Positions 39,472 to 49,201 of a stretch of 64,000 bases of DNA are shown piece after piece. The notes below the pieces were generated by a model. It had not been told where the DNA came from. It worked only from the letters and a program-made list of their open reading frames with translations, and ran no database searches. Within the stretch, counting starts at the first letter, position 1. Each line of letters starts with the position of its first letter. The position numbers and the translations under genes are program-made. Source of the stretch: a bacterium (lineage in GTDB: Bacteria > Patescibacteriota > Patescibacteriia > JAACEG01 > JAGUWE01); the NCBI GenBank assembly GCA_043798995.1, contig JAZDOD010000010.1:845-64844 (forward strand). The letters are read 5' to 3'.

Positions 39472-40323
39472 ATGGCTAAATTTATTCCACGTTCATTGCT
39501 CAGATATTTAACCCCGGTGCTAATTTCTTTTTTGATTTTTTTGGGCCTGGAATTTTTTTTTATTTTTCCAAAAATCTGGGCCTTAATTGCTCTTTTTTTA
39601 TTTTTAGTTAATTTTATAGCAATTTGGCAATTAATACCCAAAACAACACAGGCAAGATTGATTTTAAACAGTCAAAAATTTTCGCTTAAGTTACTGTTTG
39701 CTTTTTTCCGCATAATAACCGATCGGGAATTTATTAATTTTCTTTTGCCAACTTTGTTTTTAAATTTAGGGAGCATCATTTTTCTTATTTTTTTGCCCGT
39801 CGGTTTATTTCGTCATTTAGTGGCATTGTTTACTGCTTTTTTATCATTTTTATTTTTTAAAAGTCTTTTCTTGTATTTTTTCCGGCCGGAAGAATATCAA
39901 GCTCGGAGCCTTGAAAATGTTTCGCTCTATCTTTCTTTGATAACTTTTTATTTTTTTTCCAGCAGCTTTTTGGGCCTGATTATTTTTGCCGATTTTTTAC
40001 TTTGGCAGGCACTGCTTATTTATTTGGCAGTTACTTTTCTTTTGGTTTGGCAAGTTTTTTGGGTTCATCAGTTTGAGGTTAAAAATAGCTGGTATTATAT
40101 TTTTATTTTATGTCTTTTGGCAGGTGAATTTTTTTGGGCAATAAATTTTTTACCGCTTAATTTTTATGTCGGGGGCTTGCTTTTAGCTGTTATTTATTAT
40201 CTATTTTTTAGCTTAAGCAGAAGGCAATTAACAGGCGCTTTAGAAAAAAAAATAGTTTGGCATTATTTACTTTTAAGTTTGGCGATTATTCTAATTATTT
40301 TGGCCACAGCCGAGTGGCGATAA
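39472..40323 (+). CDS. Multi-pass membrane protein (DUF5656-like)
   Basis: About 9 TMs, GEFFWAINFLP, C-terminal TAEWR. Confidence 0.65.
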   Translation: MAKFIPRSLLRYLTPVLISFLIFLGLEFFFIFPKIWALIALFLFLVNFIAIWQLIPKTTQARLILNSQKFSLKLLFAFFRIITDREFINFLLPTLFLNLGSIIFLIFLPVGLFRHLVALFTAFLSFLFFKSLFLYFFRPEEYQARSLENVSLYLSLITFYFFSSSFLGLIIFADFLLWQALLIYLAVTFLLVWQVFWVHQFEVKNSWYYIFILCLLAGEFFWAINFLPLNFYVGGLLLAVIYYLFFSLSRRQLTGALEKKIVWHYLLLSLAIILIILATAEWR

Positions 40324-40335
40324 GAATATAAAAAT

Positions 40336-41511
40336 ATGGCTTTTATTTCAAATGAAAATCAACCCCAAAATGGTTTTAATAAATTTTTAAAAAGAGATAT
40401 TAGCGCGCCTTTTCTTATTTTATCTTTTTTATTGATTAGTTTTTTATCCGGCACTTTAGGCGGTTTAATTGTCAATAATTATTATCAAGCCGAAGAGATA
40501 AGTGCCCAGCAGCAAATTTCCCGTCAAAATTTGCCCAAGGTCTCAACTAAAGAAGTTGAATCTAAACAGCTTAATCAATCTTTAGCCGGAAGTACTGTTG
40601 GCATCTATTTAACAAAAATAGCCGGCCCTGATTTATTAAACAATAGTTATTCACCCTTGGACCTAAAAGGCAGCGGCCTTATTTTAACCAATGACGGCTG
40701 GATAACGACAAGTCGGAAAGTTATTGAAGCGGCGCAACCGAATAAATATACGGTTATAACTCAAGACAGCTATACATTTCCTCTGGATAAGATAGTTTTA
40801 GACAATGCCACGGATATAGTTTTTGCTAAAATCAAAAGTGAGGCAAAAATAGAAAATTTGCCAACCGTTCTTTTTGCCGACAGTTCCGAATTGCAAGTCG
40901 GCGACGACTTTTTTTCATTCGGTTCTTCGGGCAGAATCGCTACGGGTAAAACCTTAAACTCAATTGATTATTATTTTGATTCTCGCGATCAATTTGTTCA
41001 GTCAACGGAAAAATTTTCTAAAATTATTTTATTAGCCGGCAAGGGCTATGACAATTCTTTTATCGGAGGTCCTGTCTTCAATTTAAAAGGAGAGGTAGAA
41101 GGCGTGGTTATTAATTTTAATAATAATGAAATAAGAATTTTGCCGATTGATTATCTTAGCGATAAATTTGAAACTTTATTCAAGACGGGTGAGATTAAAA
41201 GAAACTATTTGGGGATAAATTATTTGGATTTAAATTCTATTTATTTATTTGATAAAAGAGCCCTTAATCTCACCCAAGGAGCATTAATTACAAAAAATAA
41301 AAACAAAGTCGCTGTCAGCAAAAGCAGTCCGGCTGAAAAAGCAGGATTGCGAGAAAATGACATTATCTTGGCAGTTGAAAAAGAGTCATTAGCCCCTTTT
41401 TATAATTTGACCGAGTTAATTCAGCAATATAAAGAGGGGAGCGAGGTAACATTAAAAGTGAAGAGGCAAGATAAAATAATCGATATAATAGTTAAATTAG
41501 AGACAAGATAA
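40336..41511 (+). CDS. HtrA/DegP-like protein with PDZ domain, catalytic His and Ser missing
   Basis: GSGLILTNDGWITTSRKV, ATDIVFAKI, SFIGGPVFNLKGEVEG, SPAEKAGLRENDII. Confidence 0.8.
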   Translation: MAFISNENQPQNGFNKFLKRDISAPFLILSFLLISFLSGTLGGLIVNNYYQAEEISAQQQISRQNLPKVSTKEVESKQLNQSLAGSTVGIYLTKIAGPDLLNNSYSPLDLKGSGLILTNDGWITTSRKVIEAAQPNKYTVITQDSYTFPLDKIVLDNATDIVFAKIKSEAKIENLPTVLFADSSELQVGDDFFSFGSSGRIATGKTLNSIDYYFDSRDQFVQSTEKFSKIILLAGKGYDNSFIGGPVFNLKGEVEGVVINFNNNEIRILPIDYLSDKFETLFKTGEIKRNYLGINYLDLNSIYLFDKRALNLTQGALITKNKNKVAVSKSSPAEKAGLRENDIILAVEKESLAPFYNLTELIQQYKEGSEVTLKVKRQDKIIDIIVKLETR

Positions 41512-41526
41512 AATTAGATTTTATTT

Positions 41527-42585
41527 ATGAACATCTTAGCTATTGAAACCAGTTGCGATGAAACAGCCGCGGCAATTTTAGAGATTAAAGAAGAAAAAGA
41601 TAATTTAAATTTTAAGGTTTTAGCTAATATAGTTTCTTCTCAAACAGAAAGTCATCGAGCTTTCGGCGGCGTAGTGCCGAATTTGGCCGCAACTTTGCAT
41701 TTGGAAAATATTTTGCCGAGCATTAAAAAAAGTTTTGCCAAAGCCAAAATCGAGCCTCAAAAGCTCGATTTTATCGCGGTGACTGCCGGGCCGGGCCTTG
41801 CCCCGGCTTTGTTAGTCGGCGTTAATACGGCCAGAACCTTAGCTTGGCTTTGGCAAAAACCAATTATCAGTGTTAATCATGTAGAGGCTCATTTGCTGGT
41901 CAATTGGCTGGAAATCAGAAAAAAAAATATTTTTCCGGCCATCGGTTTGGTTGTTTCAGGCGGACACACCCAATTAATTCTTCTGAAAGATTTTGGACAA
42001 TATCAATTAATCGGCGAAACGCGCGATGACGCCGCCGGCGAGGCCTTTGACAAAATTGCGCGACTTCTTGGTTTAGGTTATCCAGGTGGTCCAGCAATTG
42101 AAAAGGCAGCTCAAAATTTTAAAAAGGGGACAATTAGTTTGCCTCGGCCCATGATTAAAAGTGATAATTTTGATTTTAGTTTCTCGGGGCTCAAGACAGC
42201 TGTTAGTTTATTAGTCAAAGAAAGAAAATTAACTCAAAACGAGAAAAATGAATTTGCCCGGGCAGTACAAAAAACAATTATTGATGTTTTGGTTAGTAAG
42301 ACCATTAGGGCCGTTAAAACCTATCAAATTAAAACTTTAGTTCTCTCCGGCGGCGTGGTGGCTAATGGTTATTTAAGAAAGGAATTTAAAAAATCAGCCA
42401 GACGCCAATCATTAAAACTTATTATACCGCCCATAAATTATTGTACCGACAATGCGGTTATGATTGGGGTAGCAGCTTATTTTAAAGTGCAAAGAGTCAA
42501 AGATTTTTCTTATCCCGTAAATTCAAAAATTTACGGGACTTGTTGGCAGAAAGTCGTTACCGAGCCAGATCAGGAGTTTATTTAA
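41527..42585 (+). CDS. tsaD: tRNA threonylcarbamoyladenosine synthesis protein TsaD
   Basis: ILAIETSCDET, GGVVP, VNHVEAH, VSGGHT, DDAAGEAFDK, CTDNAVMIG. Confidence 0.97.
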   Translation: MNILAIETSCDETAAAILEIKEEKDNLNFKVLANIVSSQTESHRAFGGVVPNLAATLHLENILPSIKKSFAKAKIEPQKLDFIAVTAGPGLAPALLVGVNTARTLAWLWQKPIISVNHVEAHLLVNWLEIRKKNIFPAIGLVVSGGHTQLILLKDFGQYQLIGETRDDAAGEAFDKIARLLGLGYPGGPAIEKAAQNFKKGTISLPRPMIKSDNFDFSFSGLKTAVSLLVKERKLTQNEKNEFARAVQKTIIDVLVSKTIRAVKTYQIKTLVLSGGVVANGYLRKEFKKSARRQSLKLIIPPINYCTDNAVMIGVAAYFKVQRVKDFSYPVNSKIYGTCWQKVVTEPDQEFI

Positions 42586-42590
42586 CGAGC

Positions 42591-42890
42591 TTAGTTTTCA
42601 TTTTTGGTTGTTTCCTGGCCGGGGCTAAAAAGTTTATTTTTAATTTTCCATTTTTCCACATACTGGCCAACCCCCTCCCGTTCTAATTTGAGGCGGCGGC
42701 GAGTATTTTTTTGCGACCAACTAACCAAACTCTCAAAATTAATTTTGTAACGGCCCCTGACCACAATATAACGCAGCTCCTGATTTTTTAGGGCTTGGCG
42801 AATAGTGGTGGACGTCACGCCAAAGAGGCGACCGGCTTCGCTAACTGAAACCCGGATTGGGAACTTGGGTGCTTTGTTTTGTTCAGCCAT
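42591..42890 (-). CDS. Excisionase/MerR-like helix-turn-helix protein
   Basis: VSVSEAGRLFGVTSTTIRQAL..GRYKI; ATG at 42890 preferred over the upstream start. Confidence 0.8.
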   Translation of the reverse strand: MAEQNKAPKFPIRVSVSEAGRLFGVTSTTIRQALKNQELRYIVVRGRYKINFESLVSWSQKNTRRRLKLEREGVGQYVEKWKIKNKLFSPGQETTKNEN

Positions 42891-42916
42891 AAATTTAAAA
42901 AATAAGAAATTTAAAT

Positions 42917-43014
42917 TATACACAGTTGTATAAGTTTATAATTATATTTTATACAATGTTGTATAGGTTTGTCAAGTTTTTAATGATTTTATTTATTTTA
43001 TACAGCTATGTATA
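42917..43014. promoter_or_regulatory. Three TATACA-N4-TGTATA operator palindromes around a minus-strand promoter
   Basis: Copies at 42917-42932, 42950-42965, 42999-43014; minus-strand TTGACA (42975-42970), 16 nt, TATAAA. Confidence 0.75.
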
Positions 43015-43027
43015 ATTAAGCGATTGA

Positions 43028-43145
43028 TGTCATTGCCACGCCCACCCCTTTCCGAGTAAAGGGGTGGGCGTGGCAATCTCTTTCTTCATTAAAAATAATA
43101 AGATTGCTTCGTCGTCCGCCAGCTGGCGGACTCCTCGCAATGACA
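43028..43145. repeat. TGTCATTGC..GCAATGACA palindromic element with substituted hairpin modules
   Basis: Arms GTCATTGC..GCAATCTC and AGATTGCTTCGTCG..CTCCTCGCAATGACA; 20-bp perfect stem in the left arm; TCCGCCAGCTGGCGGA in the right arm. Confidence 0.85.
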
Positions 43146-43211
43146 GAAATAGATAGTTGCCAAGATCTTAAAAATCATTTATTATATCTTATATCAATAT
43201 TGGCTTAAAAG

Positions 43212-43237
43212 TGTAACACTTTAATAAATTTTTCGTC
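43212..43237 (+). promoter_or_regulatory. ECF-type promoter (likely autoregulatory)
   Basis: TGTAAC-N16-CGTC ending 7 nt before the sigma ATG. Confidence 0.7.
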
Positions 43238-43244
43238 TTAATAA

Positions 43245-43841
43245 ATGATTGAGAATTTACAAGATAAAATCCTTGTTTTAAAGATAAGAAACGGTGAAAC
43301 AGAGGCCTTTTCAGAAATTTATGATCGCTACGCCACCAGAATTTACCGCTTTATTTTTTTTAAAACAAGCCGAGTTGAAGAGACAGAGGATCTGACTTCC
43401 GAGGTTTTTCTCAAGCTTTGGCAGTATCTTAGCCAGGAAAGGGGAGAACTTCGCAATTTAAAAGCTTTTCTTTATCAAATGGCTCGGAATCAGGTAATTG
43501 ATTATTACCGCGGTCTAGCCGCTAAACAAACCGTGTCTTTGGATGAAAGATTAATCGAGCAAGTGGAATTATCAAGTTTAACGGGTTTAACGGGTCAGAG
43601 CCAGCAGATGAAAATTTTTGAAAAAATTGAGTTTGAAGAGGCATTTGAAAATATTAAAGATGGCTTGGCTAAACTCAAAGAAGAATATCGGGAAGCGCTG
43701 TTGCTTAAATATGTTGAAGATTTTTCAACCGGGGAGATCGCGGAAATTATTAATAAATCAAAAGGAGCAACGCGAGTCATTATCCATCGAGCCCTATCGG
43801 CCTTAAAAGAAGTAATTAAGGACGCCGAGCGTCCGAAATAA
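43245..43841 (+). CDS. ECF RNA polymerase sigma factor
   Basis: AFSEIYDRY, EDLTSEVFLKLW, FLYQMARNQVIDYYR, EIAEII..RVIIHRAL. Confidence 0.93.
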   Translation: MIENLQDKILVLKIRNGETEAFSEIYDRYATRIYRFIFFKTSRVEETEDLTSEVFLKLWQYLSQERGELRNLKAFLYQMARNQVIDYYRGLAAKQTVSLDERLIEQVELSSLTGLTGQSQQMKIFEKIEFEEAFENIKDGLAKLKEEYREALLLKYVEDFSTGEIAEIINKSKGATRVIIHRALSALKEVIKDAERPK

Positions 43842-43846
43842 AAAAA

Positions 43847-45001
43847 ATGACCAATCAAGAATTAATCAATAAATTAAAAGTTATCAAAAAAATTCAGCCG
43901 GATGAGACTTGGCTTAAATTAAATCGGGAAAGATTATTGGCTCAAATCGCCAATCAGAAAACTGCTTCCTCGTCTCATCAAGGTTTGGCTGAAGTTTTTT
44001 ATTTTGGCCGGCTTTTCAAACAATTAAGCAAAAATTTTGTTTTACAGCCCGTCGGCACTTTTGTTTTAATGCTGGCTATAGTTTTAGGCGGCGGAGTGGC
44101 TAAGGTTCAAGCTGATGCCAGTTTGCCGGGCGATTTTCTTTATGCTTTTAAACAGGGCGGCCAGCAGTTTCGGATGATGCTGGCCAGACGCGATGATCAA
44201 CGGCTCAAACTGCAGTTGGAATTTACCGACCGCCACTTAGATGAGTTAACCCAAATTGCCGAGCAAAGTAATTTTGCTACCTCCGAAAGAGAAGAACGCC
44301 TGCGAGAAGCGCTTAATATTTTTCAGGCCGATTTAGCTTATTTAAATAATAATTTGCAATCAATAAATTCTCAGACCGATGTTTCCGGAGCAGTGGCAGC
44401 GGCTCAGAAAGTTGATGAGAAAACCAATCTTTATCAATTGGTCTTAAAACAAACCGAACGAAAAATGGCTACTGGTAAAATTCAAACAGAGGTTCGGAAG
44501 ACAATTAAAGCCGTTGATGAAACCGAAACCAAGGCCTTAACTATGATTGTCAGCAAACATCAGCAAGGCCAAAGCCAAATTTCTTCCCAGGAAGTGGCAA
44601 TGAGAATTGAAAGCAAAATCAAACAAGCCACCGATAATTTAGATGAATTAGGCAAAACTTTAACAACAACTTCAGTTGACGGTAAAATAAATGAAGCAAA
44701 AACCAATTCTCAAAAAGTGCAAGATATGTTAGAGCAAGCCAGACAGGACTTGGCTAATCAGGAATTTGTCATTGCTTTGGAAAAAATTAAAACCTCGCAG
44801 GAAATTTTTAATGAGGCCAAGGATTCTGTTGCCGAAACAACCGAAACAGCCACTTCAACCTCAACCGAAACTAATGTTAATGCCGGTTTAATCAGAGAAA
44901 ATTCAATCAATATTTTAACTCCAACCAGTTCTGAAAAAGGTTTTGGCAGCGCTCCGGCTGATCCTGAAATGCCGGCTCAGACACCACAGACGCTTAAATA
45001 A
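43847..45001 (+). CDS. Putative anti-sigma factor (TM plus DUF5667-like helical domain)
   Basis: Follows the ECF gene; TM then SLPGDFLYAFK. Confidence 0.7.
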   Translation: MTNQELINKLKVIKKIQPDETWLKLNRERLLAQIANQKTASSSHQGLAEVFYFGRLFKQLSKNFVLQPVGTFVLMLAIVLGGGVAKVQADASLPGDFLYAFKQGGQQFRMMLARRDDQRLKLQLEFTDRHLDELTQIAEQSNFATSEREERLREALNIFQADLAYLNNNLQSINSQTDVSGAVAAAQKVDEKTNLYQLVLKQTERKMATGKIQTEVRKTIKAVDETETKALTMIVSKHQQGQSQISSQEVAMRIESKIKQATDNLDELGKTLTTTSVDGKINEAKTNSQKVQDMLEQARQDLANQEFVIALEKIKTSQEIFNEAKDSVAETTETATSTSTETNVNAGLIRENSINILTPTSSEKGFGSAPADPEMPAQTPQTLK

Positions 45002-45042
45002 AATCCTAAATCCTAAATCCTAAATCCTAAATCCTAAATCCT
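45001..45042. repeat. Perfect heptamer tandem (AAATCCT)6
   Basis: Read directly; same unit as in the four-helix-bundle arms. Confidence 0.95.
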
Positions 45043-45067
45043 ATTTATTTTTATGTTTATAAACCAT

Positions 45068-45166
45068 TGTAAGTTAAAGGTCGGGCCCTTTAAAAGGCGC
45101 TTGCAATTAAAATTTAATTAACCTTCTAAGTTTGGGCAGAAGTCGAAAATTGCCTTGAACTTAGAA
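45068..45166 (+). promoter_or_regulatory. Structured leader (two hairpins) upstream of the S-layer-like gene
   Basis: TTGTAAG..CTTGCAA and TTCTAAGTTTGGGCA..TGCCTTGAACTTAGAA, followed by SD AGGAG. Confidence 0.4.
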
Positions 45167-45186
45167 AAAAGGAGAAAAAATTAATT

Positions 45187-48100
45187 ATGTCCAAATTAAC
45201 CAAGAAAATTTTCACTTATGTAGTAGTTTTTACTACGGTGATTTGGTCCATTGGTTTGGTTTCTGTTTTGCCAGTAGCAGCGGTTAGCTTATCTGCCGGC
45301 GACGTTATCAAAAGCAGCGGCAAAGCCGTTTATTACTACGCGGCTGACGGTAAAAGATATGTCTTTCCAACCGACTTGATTTTCAAGACCTGGTATAAGG
45401 ACTTTACAGGAGTTAGAACCATTTCCGACAGCGAACTTTCTGCCATTACTATTGGCGGCAACGTCGTTGCTCGAGGTGGCGTTAAATTAGTCCAATTCGT
45501 GACTAATGACACTCCTTGGAAGGTCTCTGATCCCAAGGTCTATGCGGTCACTCCGGGCGGAAAATTAAGACAGCTTACTTCAGCTGATGTCGCTTCTGGT
45601 CTTTATGGAGCTAACTGGGAGTCCAGAATTACCCCGGTAGTAGAAACTCTCTACAACAATTACACAATTGGTAATCAGATTACCAGTTCAACCGATGTTC
45701 CTGACGGTTCATTAATCAAATATTCCGGCTCAGCTGCTATTTATTATGTTGATGGCGGCAAAAAGCGAGCCGTTGACACAATGGCTACTATGGATGCCAA
45801 CCGCTTCCAGGATTCAGCCATTATCACTATTCCCAGCACTGTAACTTTGTCTGATGGCACTGCTTTAACTGGCGCTGAATCAACTATCACCAATACCGCT
45901 GGCGGAGCTAGTACCGGCACTTCAACCGGCACTGGTTTAACCGTGGCTTTGGCCTCTGATACTCCGTCTTCAGGTCTAGTAGTTGGCGGCGCAGCCAGAT
46001 ATCCATTCACCAAAGTTAATTTAACTGCTTCGTCTGATGGCGACATTGTTATTGATTCATTGGTTATGCAAAGAGGCGGTCTTGGCAGCGATGGCGCTTT
46101 TTCCTCTTTAGCTATCATTGACGTGGCTACTGCTGAGCAAATCGGTCTTGATAAAACCCTTAATTCTGATCATGAAGCGAATTTAAATGATGACATCACT
46201 ATTAAAGCTGGTACCACTAAAACCCTGCTTTTGGCTGGCAATATGGTGGCTAGAGCGACAATGGCTAGCTATGCTGGCGAAGCTCCGGCTTTATGTTTGA
46301 AGTCAATTACCCTTTCCGGCAGCGTTACCTTAACCGGCACCTTGCCTATTTGCGGTAACACTCAAACCACCAACGCGACCATTATCGTTGGCACTGCTAC
46401 TTTAGGCACTGGCGCTTCTAATCCAGCGGCTAACTCTTCAGTTGCTATTGGGACTAAGACCTTTAACATCATGGAATTCAAGATTTCCAATACTGGTTCA
46501 GCCGAAGATGAGCAAGTTGAGCAAGTGACGGCCCAGGTTTATGATGGTTCTGTAGCCGACGGCGACATCAAGAATATCCAGTTAGTTGACTCAACTACTG
46601 GCTCTGTTTTAGCTACCGTAGCTCAAGCCACCAGTAAGAAAGTCATCTTTAATTTATCAGCCACTCCCTTGGAAATTAAAAAGGGCTACAGCAAGGACTT
46701 GATGATTCGGGCTGATATTGATGGCGGCGCCGCTAGAACCTTGGATATGGTCATTAAGAAATACACTGATCTTTTGATCAAGGGTAAAACTTATGGCTAT
46801 TATGTTACGGCTACGGCCGGTACTGGCGCTTCAGGCAGTGAGCCAATAATCAATGGCGCTAATCACACCGTTGGTTCTGGGACTTTAGCGGTAGCTCAAG
46901 GCACTTTGGCTGCGGCTAATATTGCCGAAAACAGCCAGCAAGTGACTTTGGGTAAATTTGATTTCACCGTCAAAGGTGAGTCAGTTGAGATGACCCAAGT
47001 TGGTTGGCAGACCTACATTGATCAAACCACAGCCGGCACTGGAGCAACCACTTCGGATATTACCAATATCACTATTTATGATGAAAACGGTAAAACCGTG
47101 GCTGGTCCGACTAATCCTACCCATGATTATGGTGATGGTGACGAGGCCTATGGTTCAGCGACTACGACCGATACGATTACTTTGACTCCGGGTACTCACA
47201 CCTTGACTGTTAAAGGTAATTTAAGCGCTGATTTTAGCAACAATGATGTGGTTAAGATTAACTTAACTCCCAATCCTAATATTACAGCTAAAGGCGTGAC
47301 CACCGGCAACACCATTACAGCAACTCCGGCGACGGTTTTGATTTCAGCTACTATGACTGTTAAGACCGTGGCTTTGGTTGTCAGTATGTCTAGTTTGCCT
47401 TCAGCCCAGACCGTGGTTAAAGGCGTTAATGGCTTTACTCTTGCTAATATTATTTTAGACACTCAGGGTTCAGGCGAAGATGTTAATGTTACCCAAGTTG
47501 CTGTTTCGGTTAAACCACTCGTTATGGCCGCCAATGAACTGTCTGGTTTTGCCATTTATGACGGTACCACTAAAATCTCAACTTCCAACGATCCGGACAA
47601 CGCTCTGTCTTCAACTGCCGCGACTAACTCAACCAGTACCTTTACCTTTTCTTCAACTTTGAAGCTGACCAAAGGTACGGTTAAGACCTTAACTGTTAAA
47701 GCTAATATCAGCCGAGCGACTTCAGCTTCTGACACAGTACAAGTTGGTGTTGGTTCTTCTGGCTGTGTTTCAGCCAGCGGTTCTTCCACCGGCTCGTCTA
47801 TTACTGCTTCAGTTAGTCCAAGTCATGGGCCATTAATGACCCTGGCTGATAATGGTTCTTTGACTATTTACGCTTCTTCCGCTAGTCCAATCGCCGGACT
47901 CTTGCCGGCTTCAACCTCTGGCGTGACAGTCGGCGTAATCAATATCAGCGGGAAGCAGGAAGACATTAATCTGCAGAAGATTTACTTGACTGCTACCGCG
48001 GTTAATAGCGGCGGTCTGGATCAAATTGACAAACTCTATCTCTATGATGGTTCAACTCAAGTTATTGCTGTCACGCCAACTACTTCTGACACCGGTTCAG

Positions 48101-49020
48101 CCACTGTTTTAGTTGATATGACTAATACTCCAGTGGTAATTACGGCTGGCGCCAGCAAGGACTTAACTATTAAGGTAGATACCGCGGCCGCTAATCGCTT
48201 CTTGGGCTCAACCAAGGGTATGGCTGGTCAGGGCCTTAGCTTCTCAATTGCCGCTGTTGCTGATGTGACCGCTCAAGGCGTCTCTTCTGGTTCAACTTTG
48301 GGCACTACTGACAAAACGGTCAGTTGCTCTATGAACCAGTTTACTCTCTACAAGAGCGTGCCAACTGTGACGGTTAATTCAGATCTGGCAACAGCTGACA
48401 AGGTGGCTGATGGTACACTAACCACTTCATCCGGTAAAGAGGTTTACAAGTTTAGAGTAGCGGCTGATAGCGCCGGCGACATCGGTCTTTACCAGGTCTC
48501 ACTCTTGGTCACGACCAGTACGGCTACCACCTCTAATTATTATCTTTATGATGGTGGTACCAAAGTCGCGGCGACTACCACTGCTTCCCAGTATGTGACA
48601 GCTTCTTCTGGTCAAGGTGGCATTGCTGTCTTCAACTTACTCTTTACCAATGATGGTAATGCGCCAAGCAATACCAATGTGGTGCCTTTGACCATTTCGG
48701 CCGGTACCTCTAAGATCTTGACCTTAAAAGCTGATTTGACTTGTAGCGCCGGTGGCGCTGGTTGTACTAGTGCTAATGGCAGTTCGGTTCAATTCCAGTT
48801 CTTAGGCGATTCTGCCTTCCCCAGTACCTATCCTAACAATGCTACGACCTTAGGTGTCGATGCTTATGACGCCAGCTTTATCTGGGGTGATTACAATATC
48901 ACCAACGGTAACTCATCAACCACTGCTTCTACTTCAGAGCAATGGACCAATGGTTACCGCGTCAAATCCGGTTCTTCTGTCTTGGCAGCTACTTCATCCG
49001 CAGTCAGCTTCACCAAGTAA
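45187..49020 (+). CDS. S-layer-like Ser/Thr-rich surface protein
   Basis: Signal peptide, GDVIK..VYYYAADGKRYVFP repeats, tandem beta-rich domains, strong SD and terminator. Confidence 0.75.
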   Translation: MSKLTKKIFTYVVVFTTVIWSIGLVSVLPVAAVSLSAGDVIKSSGKAVYYYAADGKRYVFPTDLIFKTWYKDFTGVRTISDSELSAITIGGNVVARGGVKLVQFVTNDTPWKVSDPKVYAVTPGGKLRQLTSADVASGLYGANWESRITPVVETLYNNYTIGNQITSSTDVPDGSLIKYSGSAAIYYVDGGKKRAVDTMATMDANRFQDSAIITIPSTVTLSDGTALTGAESTITNTAGGASTGTSTGTGLTVALASDTPSSGLVVGGAARYPFTKVNLTASSDGDIVIDSLVMQRGGLGSDGAFSSLAIIDVATAEQIGLDKTLNSDHEANLNDDITIKAGTTKTLLLAGNMVARATMASYAGEAPALCLKSITLSGSVTLTGTLPICGNTQTTNATIIVGTATLGTGASNPAANSSVAIGTKTFNIMEFKISNTGSAEDEQVEQVTAQVYDGSVADGDIKNIQLVDSTTGSVLATVAQATSKKVIFNLSATPLEIKKGYSKDLMIRADIDGGAARTLDMVIKKYTDLLIKGKTYGYYVTATAGTGASGSEPIINGANHTVGSGTLAVAQGTLAAANIAENSQQVTLGKFDFTVKGESVEMTQVGWQTYIDQTTAGTGATTSDITNITIYDENGKTVAGPTNPTHDYGDGDEAYGSATTTDTITLTPGTHTLTVKGNLSADFSNNDVVKINLTPNPNITAKGVTTGNTITATPATVLISATMTVKTVALVVSMSSLPSAQTVVKGVNGFTLANIILDTQGSGEDVNVTQVAVSVKPLVMAANELSGFAIYDGTTKISTSNDPDNALSSTAATNSTSTFTFSSTLKLTKGTVKTLTVKANISRATSASDTVQVGVGSSGCVSASGSSTGSSITASVSPSHGPLMTLADNGSLTIYASSASPIAGLLPASTSGVTVGVINISGKQEDINLQKIYLTATAVNSGGLDQIDKLYLYDGSTQVIAVTPTTSDTGSATVLVDMTNTPVVITAGASKDLTIKVDTAAANRFLGSTKGMAGQGLSFSIAAVADVTAQGVSSGSTLGTTDKTVSCSMNQFTLYKSVPTVTVNSDLATADKVADGTLTTSSGKEVYKFRVAADSAGDIGLYQVSLLVTTSTATTSNYYLYDGGTKVAATTTASQYVTASSGQGGIAVFNLLFTNDGNAPSNTNVVPLTISAGTSKILTLKADLTCSAGGAGCTSANGSSVQFQFLGDSAFPSTYPNNATTLGVDAYDASFIWGDYNITNGNSSTTASTSEQWTNGYRVKSGSSVLAATSSAVSFTK

Positions 49021-49044
49021 TATTTAGTATCTCTTGAAATAGAA

Positions 49045-49076
49045 AACCCCCCACCAATGTACATTGGTGGGGGGTT
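49045..49076 (+). terminator. Intrinsic terminator
   Basis: AACCCCCCACCAATG-ta-CATTGGTGGGGGGTT. Confidence 0.8.
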
Positions 49077-49113
49077 GTGTTTTTGGGGAAAATGTGGTTT
49101 AATTGGAAAAGTA

Positions 49114-49160
49114 AAATCCCCCTATTTCCCCCTTTTTAAAAGGGGGACTAAGGGGGATTT
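49114..49160. repeat. Gene-less DUF559-type poly-hairpin repeat
   Basis: AAATCCCCCT..TCCCCCTTTTTAAAAGGGGGA..AGGGGGATTT, same grammar as 18221-18848. Confidence 0.7.
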
Positions 49161-49201
49161 CTGAAATTAAATTTATCTCAATAAGTTGTAAGTTAATTTC
49201 T

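Noticed and set aside
39378-39479. 33-aa ORF MSQKEQSAQKIK..
   Set aside because: Too short to support; could be a remnant but no family was recognised
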